Under the pieces are notes generated by a model. The model searched no databases. It was not told where the DNA came from and saw only the letters and a program-made list of their open reading frames with translations. The translations under genes were made by a program, and so were the position numbers. From Malacoraja senta (lineage: Eukaryota), in the NCBI GenBank assembly GCA_038087875.1, contig CM075997.1:372001-436000 (forward strand): a stretch of 64,000 nt of DNA, in the 5' to 3' direction. This document shows, piece by piece, positions 12,160 through 26,260 of this stretch; the stretch's first letter is position 1, and each line of letters opens with the position of its first letter.

Positions 12160-14754
12160 GTGAGTACACGCAGTGGCCTGCCTGCCTGCCTGCCCGATTT
12201 TGTTACTGTCTCGCAGTGGCCATTTGTATAATAAATACCAGTCCACCACTAATCTTCCGGCACCCTTTGTTCCAGACCTTTCTTGATTATCCATTAGTCG
12301 GAACAACAGAGGTCGTGGCCTCCGAGAGGAGTCAATAGACAATAGACAATAGGTGCAGGAGTAGGCCATTCAGCCCATTGAGCCAGCACCGCCATTCAGA
12401 GAGTGGTAGCTGTGTGGAATGAGCTTCCAGTGGAAGTGGTGGAGGCAGGTTCGATTGTATCCTTTGAAAATAGATTGGATGGGTATTATGGACGGGAAAG
12501 GAATGGAGGGTTATGATCTGAGTGCAGGTAGATGGGACTAGGGGGAAGTATTTATTTTTAATAAAAAAATAAAATAAAAAAAATGTTCGGCACGGACTTG
12601 AAGGGCCGAGATGGCCTGTTTCTGTGCTGTTTGGTTATATGGTTATATGGTTATATGATCATGGCTGATCATCCTCAATCAGTACCCCGTTCCTGCCTTC
12701 TCCCCCATATCCCCTGACTCTGCTATTTTTAAGAGCCCTATCTAGCTCTCTCTTGAACGCATTCAGAGAACCGGCCTCCACCGCCCTCTGGAGTCCAACG
12801 GTACTGGAACGGCCAGGGGGGGCCAAGAGTTTCAGGGGGCGTTTCAAGCGAGCTCTCGTAATTTTGTCCGGATTAAAGAGTTGCCAGAAAAACGGTGGTG
12901 GACCTGCAGTACAAATGCTAAAACTCTGAAATAGAAGCTTGGAAACACAAGCAGACCAGGCAGCATCTGAGAAGGAGAAACAATGAACAAGGTTGTTGAG
13001 CTAAAATAGTCAACGTGTTTCTCTCTCTCTCACTACGAATGCTGGTGGGCATGTTGAACATTTCTGATCTTTGCTGTTCTATTACCGGTTGCTTGCTCTC
13101 CTGACTTTGTAGATTCTCAACTTTCTAGATTTTTCCCAATGAAGGATCAAAGAGCTCCAGTTATTTTATCTTACAAAGGTACAAAGGACATTTATTATCA
13201 CACACACCAATTGGTGTAGTGAAATGTGTCTTGCCATGCAGCACACAGATAAAGATAAGACACAACATTAAAGAATTTAACAATAAACGTAAAGAACATC
13301 CCCCCCACAATGGTTCCCATTATGAGGGAACGCTGGTGGGTCGCAAGGACGGGTCGACGGTGCAGCCCGGAGAAAAGCCGCCTCTCCGACCAGGTAGGGA
13401 CCCTAGAAAGCAGTTTCCCCCTTCCCCCCCCCCCCCCCAACATAAAAAAGGCTAGAACTCCGATAAACAAAAAACTCAACTAACTAAAAAAAAATTTAAA
13501 AGAGAGAAAAAACGGAGAGCTGCAGGCTGGGCAGCCATACCCGTAAAGGATGGCATATTGAATGTAAACTTTCCACTTCAACGGATCTTTTCCCACTCAA
13601 GTTCTCATGGCCATTGTCGTGATTGTAAGAAAGATGGCGGCTAATCGATACACGACAAGCTGCATCAAACCACAAAGAACAAGATGGTCACAGGGTACAA
13701 ACTCCGTACAGACATCAACCACAGCCAGGATTGAACCTGGCGCTGTGAGGCAGCAACCCTACCGCTGCGCCGCCCTTTCTATGACGGCAGTAGAAGTTTG
13801 TATGAGTGGGAAATATACCAAATTTCCTTAGTCTGCTGAGGAAGTAGAGACATTGGTGTGCTTTGTTTAATGCAGTACTTCAGAAATACAGCGCAGAAGC
13901 AGGACCTTCGGCCCACCAAGTCTGCGCCGACCAGCGATCCCCGCACACTTACACACACTAGGGACAATTTACAATTAAACCAAGCCAATTAACCTACAAA
14001 CCTGTACATCTTTGGAGTGTGGGACAAAACCGGAGATCCTATAAACTAAACTAAAGATAAATTTACAGGTGATATCGAATGATTGGGTGGATGGCAGGGT
14101 GGGGCAGCTGGAGTTTTAAAATGCTGAGGCAGATCAGCGCAAACTGCAAGAATATATTAAACTTGTAGAACAAGAACATAATTGAGCTTATCATCAATAA
14201 CTACAAGCCAGCACATTGCTGTCAGTAGAACAGGGAGGTCACAATACTTGGGAGATGTGTTACAAGGTAGGGCAACAGAACAAAGGGTTTAGGAACACAA
14301 CCCCTGATAATTGTGCTATTGTAAAGGCCGCTCCTTTAACTAAAACCAGTCCAAGTACCAGGATTTATTTCTTGAAGAATAAAGTAAGATAATCGAAAAG
14401 CAAGGATTTTATGCCAAACTTTGGTTAGACCACGCGGGTTATTTTATACACAGTATAAAGGAAACAGAGGCACTGGCGTGTGTGCGGACAAAATGGTGCC
14501 TACAATGTGAGGGGATATTATAAAGAATGTCTCTCTTCCCTTGCCTCCGTGATAGGAGCAGAATTAGACCATTTGGCCCAACCTGTCTACTCCGCCATTC
14601 AATCATGGCTGATCTATCTTTCCCTCTCAACCCTCTTCTTCCCGTAACCCCTGACACCGGTACTAACCAAGATTCAAGGAAGATGGTGATGGTGTCATCT
14701 GTACAATAACGGGTATGCACACTGCTGATGGATTCAAACTCTTTCACCGTCTAG

Positions 14755-14842
14755 ATAATGCACGGCGGTCTCTTCAGTGAAGATGGTATCACCCTCGATG
14801 ACATCAGGAAGATTGACCGGAACCGGCAGCCACCAGACTCGG
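14755..14842 (+). CDS. PPP5C: PPP5C exon 9 (HGG motif)
   Basis: [39 protein letters not shown]. Confidence 0.97.
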
Positions 14843-15818
14843 GTATGAAATTCCAACCAAGGGCTCTCTCTCAGTGTGAGCGTGATGCTGGGTTCAATGC
14901 TCAGTATGGGCTCTTGGCCAAACAAGCTGTAGGGAGATGAGACTCTGTTCCTTGGAGCTCAGGAGGATGAGGGGGGTCTTATATAGGTGTATAAAATCAT
15001 GAGAGGCACAGAGTCGGGGAATCGAGAACCAGAGGACATAGGTTTAAGGTGAAGGGGAAAAGATTTAATAGGAATCTGAGGGGTGACGTTTACACACAGA
15101 GGGTAGTGGGTGTACGGAACAAGCTGCCAGAGGAGGTAGTTGAGGCTGGGACTATCGCAGCGTTTAAGAAACAGTTAGACAGGTACATGGATAGGACAGG
15201 TTTGGAGGGATATGGACCAAACGCGGGCAGGTGGGACTAGTGTAGATGGGACATGTTGGCCGATAGTCAGCAGTTTACTAATTCCCAATCAAAAGTAGTC
15301 CACATGATGCAAATAATAGTCCCAAATTCATCACTCGTCTTACTTCAATTCGTGAAAGTAGGGAAAGGTAGCAACTGCAGATGCCAGTTTACAAAATATC
15401 ACAAAGTGCACGGGTATCTCAGCGAGTCAGGCAGCATCTCTGAACAACATGGTTGGGACCCTTAGTCAGAAGAAGGCTCCTAACATGAAACGTCACCTAT
15501 CCATGTTCTCCACAGATGCTGCCTGACCCGCTGAGTTACTCCAGCACTCTGAGCCTGTTATGGAAGTGTAGGTTATAGCAGAACTACCTGCACGGAGAAA
15601 TGTCTCACGGTGTTTTCTCGTAGTGTTCGAAAACACTCTGGCACAGTGCCCTGTAATGAGATATTAGGGGAGGGGACCAAAACATTGGCCTTAAGGGCCA
15701 TCTTAAAGGAAAGGAGAGGTGAGTTGAGGTTTCTGACCTCGTGTTTCTCTGTTCCTGTGTAACTGTGTTCCCCTCGCGTTGTGAAACAGTTCTGATCATT
15801 CACTTTTTTTTGTGACAG

Positions 15819-15859
15819 GTCCAATGTGCGACTTGCTCTGGTCTGATCCACAGCCTCAG
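15819..15859 (+). CDS. PPP5C: PPP5C exon 10 (DLLWSDP motif)
   Basis: GACAG|(G)PMCDLLWSDPQPQ|GTAAC, 41 bp. Confidence 0.96.
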
Positions 15860-16382
15860 GTAACCCAGACATTCTGCATTAGACAGTCTTGTGTCTTTCT
15901 TATTCTTTAAATGTTGCCCCTTTCACATTAAACATCTGACCATCTTCATAAGTTCTAGGGGAAGAATTAGACCAGTCGGTCCACCAATCCTACTCCGCCA
16001 TTTAATCATGGTTGGTCAATCTTTCCCTATTCTCCTGCCTTCGCCCATAACCCCTGACTCAAGAATCTTGTCAATCTCAGCTTTAAAAATATCCACTGAC
16101 TTAGCCTCCACAGCCTTCCATGGCAAAGAATTCCATAGATTCACCACCCCTCTGAACTGAAGCAATTCCTTCCCATCTTCTTTCTAAAGGTCCGTCCTCT
16201 TATTCTGAGGCCATGGCCTCTGGTCCTGGACTCTCCCACTAGTGGAAACATTCTCTCCACATTCATTCTATCTCCCCTATCTGTGCCTCAGTGTTGGGAA
16301 TGAGCGGAGGTGCCTCTTGTATAGTTAGTTGTCCAGTATGGACGGTGAGTGAATGTGTGTGTGTGCCCTTGTCTTCCACCAG

Positions 16383-16561
16383 AATGGGAGGTCGGTCAGT
16401 AAGCGTGGGGTCAGTTGCCAGTTTGGCCCGGACATCACCAAACGGTTCCTGGAGGAGAACGAACTGGATTATATCATCAGGAGCCACGAGGTGAAGCCAG
16501 AGGGCTACGAGGTTACGCACAACGGCAAATGTATCACTGTGTTCTCTGCACCAAACTATTG
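16383..16561 (+). CDS. PPP5C: PPP5C exon 11 (RSHE and SAPNY motifs)
   Basis: [69 protein letters not shown]. Confidence 0.97.
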
Positions 16562-17459
16562 GTGAGTGTTTATATCTGTCTAGTTTAGAGATACAGCGCG
16601 GAAACAGGCCCTTCGGCCCACCGAGTCCACACCGACCAGCGATCCCCGCACACTAACACTTTCCTACACACACTAGGGACAATTTTACACATACACCAAG
16701 CCAATTAACCTACATACCTGTATGTCTTTGGAGTGTGGAAGGTAACTGGAGCTCCTGGAGAAAACCCACGCAAGTCACGGGGAGAACGTGCAAACTCCGT
16801 AGTCGGGATCGAACTCGGGTCTCCAGTGCTGCAAGCGCTGTAAGGCAGCAACTCTACCGCTGTGGCACCGTGCTGCCCGTTTAGTTTAGTTTAGAGATAC
16901 AGGGCGGAAGCGGGGATCGGCGATCCCCACACACTGGGGACAATTTACAATTTTTACCAAGCCTGTTACAATTAACCTACAAACCTGTACGTCTTTGGAG
17001 TGTGGAAGGAAACTGTAGCTCCTGGAGTAAACCCACGCAGGTCACAGGGAGATCGTACAAACTCGGTTCAGACAGCACCCGTAGTCAGGATCGAACCCGG
17101 GACTCCAGAAGGCAGTAGCTCTACCGCTACACCGCTGTGTCACCTCCAATAAAGATAGTATTATCCGATCTGCCTGGATAGCATGCAAGATAGAGCTCTT
17201 AAAGATAGCGGAGTCAGGGGATATGGGGAGAAGGTAGGAATGGGGTACTGATTGCGGATGATCAGCCATGATCACATTGAATGACGGTGCTGGCTCGAAG
17301 GGCCGAATGGCCTCCTCCTTTGTCTATTGTCTATCAGACGGAGCTTTTCACTGTACCCCAGTACACGTGACGGTGTTAAACCTAAAGCTAGTTGAAACCG
17401 AGATACAATCAAATTCAATTTTTGTAAACAGTTCAGTACAAGTATCACTATGCATAAGC

Positions 17460-17690
17460 ACTTAGATACAGCTTAGATAAGCATCCCAGTCACAGTACTA
17501 GTGCAAAGCAGTAGTACAGAGTCTACAGAATCGCCAGTTTGGTGTCATTTCCAAGTCCCACTTGTTGTACGTGCAGCGATCTTGACCTGACCATGAAGGC
17601 CCGTTGTCATGGCAACATTGCAGGGTCGGCCTGGCCAAGCGTGGCCGTGGTGTCCTCTGCTGCCGTAGGCCGCGTGCTCTGGAGTCACTC
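17460..17690. repeat. Unclassified interspersed repeat, second copy at ~29170-29400
   Basis: Shared CCTGACCATGAAGGCCCGTTGTCATGGCAAC..GGCCAAGCGTGGCCGTGGTGTCC. Confidence 0.75.
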
Positions 17691-18058
17691 AGCGGATTAG
17701 GCTGCATCTGTGGAGGGAATGGGTAGACGGCGTTTCAGGTGGGGACCCATCTCTAGACTGATCCAGGCTTTTGTCACACAGCATGGAAACAGGCCCTTCG
17801 GCTGCCCCTGCCCCCATCTACACTCGTCCCACCTGCCTGCCTGTGGCCCATGTTCCTCTAAACTGATCCTATCCTTGCACCTGTCCGAATGCTTCTCAAA
17901 CATTGTGGTAGTCCCTGCTGATTTGTGTTTCCAGCCGGTTCATCGATGCTCGCTTGGGCTCCAGGCAGCAGAACGGTGTCCAAAAGTGTGCTTGTGCGTG
18001 TGTGTGTGTGTTGCAGTTGTCTGATGCCATCATTGAACTAATGCTCTTTCTCTCCTAG

Positions 18059-18140
18059 TGACCAGATGGGAAACCAAGGAGCATATATCCATCTCAGGGG
18101 CTCCGACCTAAAACCATTATTTCATCAATTTAAAACTGTG
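18059..18140 (+). CDS. PPP5C: PPP5C exon 12
   Basis: CCTAG|(C)DQMGNQGAYIHLRGSDLKPLFHQFKTV|GTGAG. Confidence 0.96.
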
Positions 18141-18889
18141 GTGAGTGAATTCAGCAAAAGGTGGTTGTGGTGGGGAGCTGTGGGGGTCAGTTCTTAGTGT
18201 GACTGTCAGTGTCGGATGGCGATAGCGGAGTGGTGCCAAGCCCAGCTGGATGATAAGCGGAGGAACAATGAGAGGAATAGGGTAGACACAAAATGCTTGA
18301 GAAACTCAGCTGGTCAAGCAGCATCTCTGGAGAGAAGGAATGGGTGACTCTTCGGGTTGAGACCCCAAACTTCACCCATTCCTTCTCTCCAGAGATGCTG
18401 CTTGACCCTTGAGTTCCTCCAGCATTTTGTGTCTACCTTCGATTTTACCAGCATCTGCAGTTCTTTCTTACTGTACTGTAATGAAAGGAATAGATTAGGT
18501 AGATGCACAGAGTCTCTTGCCCAGAGTAGGTGAATCGAGGACCAGAGGCCATAGGTTTAGAGTGAAGGGGGAAAGATTTAATAGGAATATGAGGGGTAAC
18601 TTTTACAGACACAAATGGTGGTGGAACGAGCTGCCAGAGGAGGTAGTTGAGGCTGGGACTATCGCAACGTTTAAGAAACGTTATTACGGTGGTGCAGCGC
18701 CGGAGACCCGGGATCGATCCTGTCTACGGGCGCTGTCTGTACGGAGTTTGCACGTTCTCCCCGTGACCTGCGTGGGTTTTCTCCGAGATCTTCGGTTTCC
18801 TCCCACACTCCAAAGACGTGCAGGTTTGTAGGTTAATTGGCTTGGTAAATGTAAACATTGTCCCTAGTGGGTGTAGGATAGTGTTTGGC

Positions 18890-19311
18890 AGATGCAGTAT
18901 AATGTGGATAAATGTGAGGTTATCCACTTTGGTGGCAAAAACGGGAAGGCAGACTATTATCTAAATGGTGGCCGATTAGGAAATGGGGAGATGCAGCGAG
19001 ACCTGGGTGTCACGGTACACCAGTCATTGAAAGTAGGCATGCAGGTGCAGCAGGCAGTGAAGAAAGCGAATGGTATGTTGGCCTTCATAGCAAAAGGATT
19101 TGAGTATAGGAGCAGGGAGGTTCTACTGCAGTTGTACAGGGTCTTGGTGAGACCACACCTGGAGTATTGCGCACAGTTTTGGGATCAGGGGGTATGGAGA
19201 GAAGGCAGGGATGGGATACTCAGTTGGATGATCAGCCATGATCATATCGAATGGCAGTGCAGGCTCGAAGGGCCGAATGGCCTACTCCTGCACCTATTTT
19301 CTATGTATCTA
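18890..19311 (+). mobile_element. CR1 fragment with internal deletion, inserted into a V-SINE
   Basis: MQYNVDKCEVIHFG..RPHLEYC jumps to the 3'UTR; SINE halves on both sides with GTGTT duplicated. Confidence 0.85.
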
Positions 19312-19983
19312 TGTGTTAATGTGCGGGGATCGCTGGTCGGCGAGGACCTGGTGGGCCGAAGGGCCTGTTTCCACGCTGTATCTCTAAAAACTAAAAAAAA
19401 AATTAAACAGTTGGTCAGGTACATGGATAGGACAGGTTTGGAGGGATATGGACCAATGCGACTAGTGTAGTTGGGACATGTAGGCCGGTGTGGGCTAGTT
19501 GGGCCGAAGGGCCTGTTTCCACGCTGTATCACTCTATGACTATATCAACTCAGATCAAAGTAGCAAGAGACGAGAGAAGCTGTTATGTGTTTAATTTAGA
19601 GATACATTGTGGAAACAGGCCCTTCGGCCCACCGGGTCCGTGCCGACCAGCGATCCCCGCACATTAACACTATCCTGCACCCACTAGGGACAATTTTTAC
19701 ATTTATCTTACAAACCTGTACGTCTTTGGAGTGTGGGAGGTAACCGAAGATCTCGGAGTAAACCAACGCAGGTCACGGGGAGGACGTACAAACTCCAAAC
19801 ACGGGGATGGGAACTCTGGGGGTGGAAACTCTCGTTTTCAACCCCCCTGGTAAATGATGAGCGGAGCAGAGGAAGGTGCAGCGAGCCCTGTTCTCAGCAA
19901 AGCGTGCGAGGAGGCGCGCACGGGGTGGGGGCGTGCGGTAGGAAGGGAATTTAACCGTGTAACGCCCGTGCTCTCTCTTCCAG

Positions 19984-20046
19984 CCTCACCCGAACGTTAA
20001 ACCGATGGCGTACGCAAACTCGCTACTGCAGATGGGGATGATGTAA
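19984..20046 (+). CDS. PPP5C: PPP5C last coding exon with stop codon
   Basis: TTCCAG|PHPNVKPMAYANSLLQMGMM-TAA, the conserved PP5 C-terminus. Confidence 0.97.
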   Translation, partial: PHPNVKPMAYANSLLQMGMM

Positions 20047-22823
20047 CGTCAGCGTGCCTGGCGTGGGCAGTGACCCCTCCCGCAGGTGGGGGGGTGGCGT
20101 CAGGGTTTAATTTAATCTTCCTCACTAGATCTGCCGTCTCCCATCCAAGTCTCCCACCTCCCCGGCCCTGTCCACGGCCCAACTCCTTGCCCTAGCTACG
20201 GAGTGAGAATCACACTCCCAAACAGGCCCAGCGTGTTTACTCCCCACATCCTTGCCCTTCCAACTGTCCTTCGCAGATCAACTCCTCAGTACCTGCACCA
20301 GTAAGCCTCTGCAGAATATAATTACCAGACTCCCTTAGTTCTCGCTGATGATCTGTCACCCCCATCCCCAGTGACTGAACCTCCCCCCCCCCCACGTTGT
20401 ATGTTCATAGGTCACTGATTGCCATCTTGAGTTGAGCAACAGTGAAATACCAAGACCCTACACCGTTTGAACAATAGCCCATTCCCCCCCCAATCTCTGA
20501 CTCCCACCTTCTCCAATCCCATAGAGATCCCAACCATTCCATCAACAAAATCCAAAAGTGTATCGTTTTTTATTTTTTAAATTGCAATGCTTGTCGGGTT
20601 TATTATACGGAGAAATAAGTCTAATTGGCGCCAGTTTGCAGGAATTGGTTCTGGCTCGCGTCGCCAGGGTGCAGCGTCTGTCGTCTCATCAGCTCTGGGA
20701 CAAAGGTGGAACGGAGGAGTTCAAACCCGTTCCCTTGGCCAATATTCTGCCCCTCAGCCAATGTTACTGGGAATGCTGGGAAACACTCGCCAGGTCAAGC
20801 AGCATCCGTGGAGAAAGAATCCCGGTTAACATTTAGAGTCGCCAAAGGAAGATCAACCCAAAACGTCAATAGGTTCTCCCTACACGGGTGCTGCCTGACC
20901 TGCTGAGCCGTTCCAGCACCGTCTGATTCTATTTCGGAATTCCAGCATCTGCGGTCATTAAGTTTTCAGACTGAAAAACAAATCATCCGACGGTTATCAC
21001 GATGCTGGCTCTGCACAAAGTGGCTGCCGTCTTTCCAAGTTGCCACGCGCTGGCTGTCGAGTGCTTTGGGAATGGCCCGAGGATGTGCAGGCGCTATATA
21101 AAGGCAGTGCCTGCACACTTCACCAGCCCCCCCCCCCCCCCCCACAGGCTCTCTGTTCAACACTGTGAAACCCACTTGCTGGATCTTTAATAGACACAGA
21201 ATGCAGGAGCAACTCAGCGGGGCAGGCAGCATCTCCTGAGAGAAGGAATGGGCGACGTTTCGGGTCGAGACCCTTCCTCAGACTCAAACAGTCTCGACCA
21301 GAAACGTCGCCCATTCCTTCTCTCTGGAGATGCTGCCTGAGTTACTCCAGCATTTTGTGTCTATCTTTGATTTAAACCAGCATCTGCAGTGTCTTCCTAC
21401 ACAGGCTAGATCTGTAACTTCCATTCTCATTCTTATGTAGGGTTCCTTACATAAAATGCAAAGAATTCTTTCATGGAGACCAGACATGCACAGTGGCTTC
21501 TCATCGTTTTCAATAGAACTTTTGCCTTAGCATGAGTTCTCATCTTTTAATAATACCTCGGAGTCTGTGGCTAACGCGGAGTCTAGTCCCGTCGGAACAA
21601 ACAGGCCAGTAATTCTTATTCTCGTCATTAATCAATCCCTAGAAAGTCCCGCTTTCTAAATGGGGCGTAGATTTGCCTGCTACATCAACATACCGTGTCC
21701 TCCAGAGCTGCCTAAAGAGCAGGCTGTTCTATCTGGAGCCCTGTCCAATATTTGTCACATCCAACTACTTTTAACCCTTTGTGCTGCTTTGAGAACCTGC
21801 TCTTTATAAGGTGTATAATGCAGCTCATTGATTCGTCAAGGCACTATATAAATGAATTTTGTTCCTACTGTGTACCCGTCATCTCAGCTCTTTTGCCCAC
21901 CCGTAGTGAGTGGACAATGGTGACCATAGGGAGGCGGTGGAGAACATGGGTCAACACACGAGTGGGGCAGTTCCCATCGACCCGTCACATGTGGACTAAC
22001 CCGTGAAGCCATGTGCACCCAGTGATGGGACGAGATGCCCACCTGGAGCGTGTGACATGCGTGGGGTCAGAGGGAACATGCGTGTGATGTGCTTCACCGT
22101 CCCTATCCGAGCAGTGACAACCTCCTTTGACAGTTTTTGTCTTCAAAGTTATATCTTATTGAGTTCGAGGCAGTGGACTCCTCATCCTACTGGGAGCAGG
22201 GCAATGTCTCGAGTCTAGACCCGGCCTGTCCGCTGGGGAAAGTCCAGACCTTGCATAGACTAGGAATCGACATCCGCTCAGGAGCAAGAGGGTGTGCAAC
22301 TGAGCGGAACCGCCTTCAATTGACATCCAATCTTCCCAGCTTCTTCCTTCTTCCCTCCTGACCCCACTTTTACCGCTGCAACCCCCCAAACCCGCTGCCA
22401 ACGTTACTCCTAGTCTCCCGGCCCGTCCCCACAGGCATAGCCCATGACCCACTGGCCTCTGGGCAAGAGGAGACTGTGACAATCATTCACAGCCCTGCCA
22501 GGTTGTAGCGGGAGGAGAATTGGCCCGGGTTGATTGATTGATTGATTTCTCTCCCGGAGTGTTGGACCCAGAGCCCGACAGTGGCAGAGAAAGACTGCGA
22601 TGCCTCTCTGGCACGGTGATGTTATGTGTTGAGTGCTTCCTTTGCTGTCAGCTCCATTACAGGTAAAAGCACCTTTGGACATTGCAAGCCGTGTAGATTC
22701 AAACCTTGGAAACGCAAGGGAGAGATTGGGGTGGGTCAGGAGGGAAACTTGGAGACCCCGGTGCTCAGTTTAGGCACAAGAGTTTTATAATTGTATGTGT
22801 TAGCCACCATAATGTCATTGTCA

Positions 22824-22829
22824 AATAAA
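22824..22829 (+). promoter_or_regulatory. Candidate PPP5C polyadenylation signal AATAAA
   Basis: First clear AATAAA I found after the stop, in AT-rich context at the end of ~2.8 kb of mostly unique sequence; a second lies at 22941. Confidence 0.5.
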
Positions 22830-24519
22830 ACTTTATTCAAATGTTAGAATTCTGAATTATATTTAATGACAATGGCCATTGTGTTTCGAGACTTGCAACG
22901 TCCTAAAAGATTGTGTTTGCTAAATGACAGCAATGCGTTGAATAAAAAGATTGCAAGGAGCGTGTGCATGGTGAGACCTTTAGGGGACGTGGCGCGGAGG
23001 GGGAGGGGGGTTGGGGGATGTGGAGGGGATCGAGGCGTTGAGTCAGAACATCTTTAGTTTGGATATAGAGTGTGGAAATGGGCCTTTGACACATTGAGTC
23101 CGCGCCCCGTACACTAGCACTAACCTACACACACACGAGGGACAATTTACAAATCAACACCCTGACCAAGGAACTGGAGTCTCCAGTGCCAGAGGAACTT
23201 TGTTTAGTTTAGAGATACAGCACAGGAACAGGCCCTTCGGCCCACCGAGTCCACTGATCACCCGTTCTACGTTATCCCACTTTCTCATCCACACCCTACA
23301 CACTTGGGGCAATTTACAGAGGGGTCGATTAGCCCACAAACCCGCACGTCTTTGGGATGTGGGAGGAAACCCGGAACACCCGGAGAAAACCCACGCGGTC
23401 ACAGGGAGAACATACAATCTCCACACGGAGAATCTCCCCACAGCCTTTCATTTTCCATCACCTATCCATGAACTCCAGAGATGCTGCCCGACCCGTCGAG
23501 TTACGCCAGCACTTTGTGTGTTTTTGTAAGCGTGTGATTGGTTGCTAAGTAGGTTCACACCCATCTGTCTAAGTTGCAAAGTGGTCAGATTGGAATTCTG
23601 CCTGAAGGAAGCTGATTCAACACTTTAACGAGTTTTCAGTCTTGTGTGGGTGTATATGCAGACGGTACAGAGTGGACAGACAAGGGACTGCTCACCACAC
23701 TTGAACCTTTTACCTTTGGCATTTTCATCATTACCGCTCCTCTAACTTGATTAGAACGGGTGTCAAGGGTTATGGGGAGAAGGCAGGAAAATGGGATTAG
23801 GAGACCGAGATCAGCCATGATTGAATGGCGGAGTGGACTCATAGAAAGATAGCAAATAGGTGCAGGAGGAGGCCATTCGGCCCTTCGAGCCAGCACCGCC
23901 ATTCATTGTGATCATGGCTGATCGTTCCCAATCAATAACCTGTGCCTGCCTTCTCCCCATATCCCTTGATTCCACTAGCCCCTAGAGCTCTATCTAACTC
24001 TCCCTTATCTCGATGGGCCGAATGGCCTAATCCTACTACTAGAACTTGTGAACTCTGCTTGGTTTTGTTTCTTGTGTCGTTTGAACCACGCAGCGGGTAG
24101 TGACAACATCTGTCTTATAGTGTGGTGCCCAAAACTGAACACTATACTCTAAATGCGGCCTCACAAATGTCTTGTATAACCGTTTCATGACCTCCCAACG
24201 TCTATACTCAATACCCTTCACATTCCCTCAGTAAGAGTGGTGGAAGCAAAACACAAAGTGGCCAGGCAATGTCCGAGGAGGAAAATGGACAGGCGATGTT
24301 TCGGGTTTTCAGACTGAAGATCCTGCAGGATGAAGCTAATAGAACATGAAACAATTTTAAGTCTGCACCCTATTGCGGACATTTTTTTTTCGTATCAAAA
24401 ATAATTAATTTGATTATTAACACAATAAAAAATAAAAAACCGTGGTGACTCACCCACCACCATATTACAAAATCACCAAACTATTCAGACATTAAATTCA
24501 AAACTACTATCTTACAAAT

Positions 24520-24680
24520 AACGCCACCCTCTCTAACACCACCCGGGCGCGGACATAACCCCGGTAAAGGGGCAAGCATCTGGCTCGGGCACAGCCCTCT
24601 TCCGCCTGTCGCCGTGCCTCATGGATGGCCAGCTTGGCCAGGCCTAGGAGCAACCCAACCTGGACATCTTCGGCCCTGCC
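24520..24680 (-). mobile_element. Tx1/L1-clade LINE ORF2 C-terminal fragment
   Basis: Minus-strand translation GRAEDVQVGLLLGLAKLAIHEARRQ..LPLYRGYVRARVVLE; resumes after 25061. Confidence 0.65.
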
Positions 24681-25060
24681 TAGGGTGCAAAAGTACCTGA
24701 AAAAAAACTGAGGTCAGGTAAGGGGGGATGAAAGTTGGAGAGTTGGTCTGTCCCATTTGCGTGATGCTTACAAAAACTATTTGTTTTTCTCTTTTCCCTC
24801 TTCTTTTCTAGCGTCTATTTCTTAACTCTTTTTCTTTTGTTTTGAATTTCGTTCTTATAGGGTCTTCGTTCTTTCTTGTTGTCACGTTTTTTACACTTTC
24901 ACCCTTTCCTTCACTTTCTTCTTTCTCTCAATCTCATCCTTTCCCTTTATTAGTGTAAAAAACAAACGGAGTTCATTAATTGTAAGAAGATATATGTGAC
25001 GAGTACTAATGTATGTGGTTGTAATGTAATGTACTTCTAATAAATAAAAAAATAAAAAAA
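24681..25060 (+). mobile_element. Polyadenylated retro-insertion (L1-like 3' end) with 15-bp TSD
   Basis: ATCTTCGGCCCTGCC at 24666-24680 and 25061-25075; AATAAA and A-rich tail at the 3' end. Confidence 0.8.
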
Positions 25061-25742
25061 ATCTTCGGCCCTGCCCACTCCCCTAGATCCCGTCGCCAGT
25101 CCTTTGGGCGCTGACAGCAGAACCGCTCCACCCCTTGCGGACCCTAGGTGGAGTGGCGTGGCGGTGCTCCTTGACCTCCGGACCCTGACTACAAGGGACG
25201 CTCGACTGGCCCCTCTACCCTCAACAGGAACGACGCTGCTCTTGGTCAAGTCAAGTTTATTCGTCACATACACATACGAGATGTGCAGTAAATGAAAAGT
25301 GGCAATGCTCGCGGATTGTGCAAAAAAACAAACTCAAACAGAGTGGAACAGAATCACATATTCACATATTGCATATTTGTGGGAGGGAGGGAAGAAAAAG
25401 GAAAAAAACAGCAATTTTAAAAACAGTAGAATGGTTCATTAAAGTTAGTCCCTGGAGAGATAGGAGATACAATCCTAATGGCCTCTGGGAAGAAACTCCT
25501 CATCCTCTCTGTTCTCACAGCATGGCAACGGAGGCGTTTACCTGACTAGCAGCTGGAACAGTCCGTTGCTGGGGTGGAAGGAGTCTCCCATGATCTTGTT
25601 GGCTCTGGATCTGCACCTGCTGATGTATAGTTCCTGCTGGAGGGCGAGTGTAGTTCCCATAGTGCGTTCGGCCGAACACACTACTCTCTGCAGAGCCTTC
25701 TTGTCCTGGGCAAGAAACACAAGTCTTGATGTCCTCCAGGTT

Positions 25743-26260
25743 ACATAGATACATAGAAAATAGGTGCAGGAGTAGGCCATTCGGCCCTTCGAGCCTGCAC
25801 CGCCATTCAATATGATCATGGCTGATCATCCAACTCAGTATCCCGTACCTGCCTTCTCTCCATACCCCCTGATCCCTTTAGCCACAAGGGCCACATCTAA
25901 CCCCCTCTTAAATATAGCCAATAAACTGGCCTCAACTACCCTCTGTGGCAGAGAGTTCCAGAGATTCACCACTCTGTGAAAAAGTTTTTTCTCATCTCGG
26001 TCTTAAAGGATTTCCCCCTTATCCTTAAGCTGTGACCCCTTGTCCTGGACTTCCCCAACATCGGGAACAATCTTCCTGCATCTAGCCTGTCCAACCCCAT
26101 AAGAATTTTGTAAGTTTCTATAAGATCCCCTCTCAATCTCCTAAATTCTAGCATGTACAAGCCGAGTCTATCCAGTCTTTCTTCATATGAAAGTCCTGAC
26201 ATCCCAGGAATCAGTCTGGTGAACCTTCTCTGCACTCCCTCTATGGCTATAATGTCCTTC
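25743..26260 (-). mobile_element. CR1 LINE 3' fragment with (TTCTATGT)-type tail, adjacent to a Rex1/Babar 3' fragment (~25245-25740)
   Basis: KDIIAIEGVQRRFTRLIPG..; neighbouring ORF KKALQRVVCSAERTMG..HPSNGLFQLL is Rex1-like. Confidence 0.85.
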
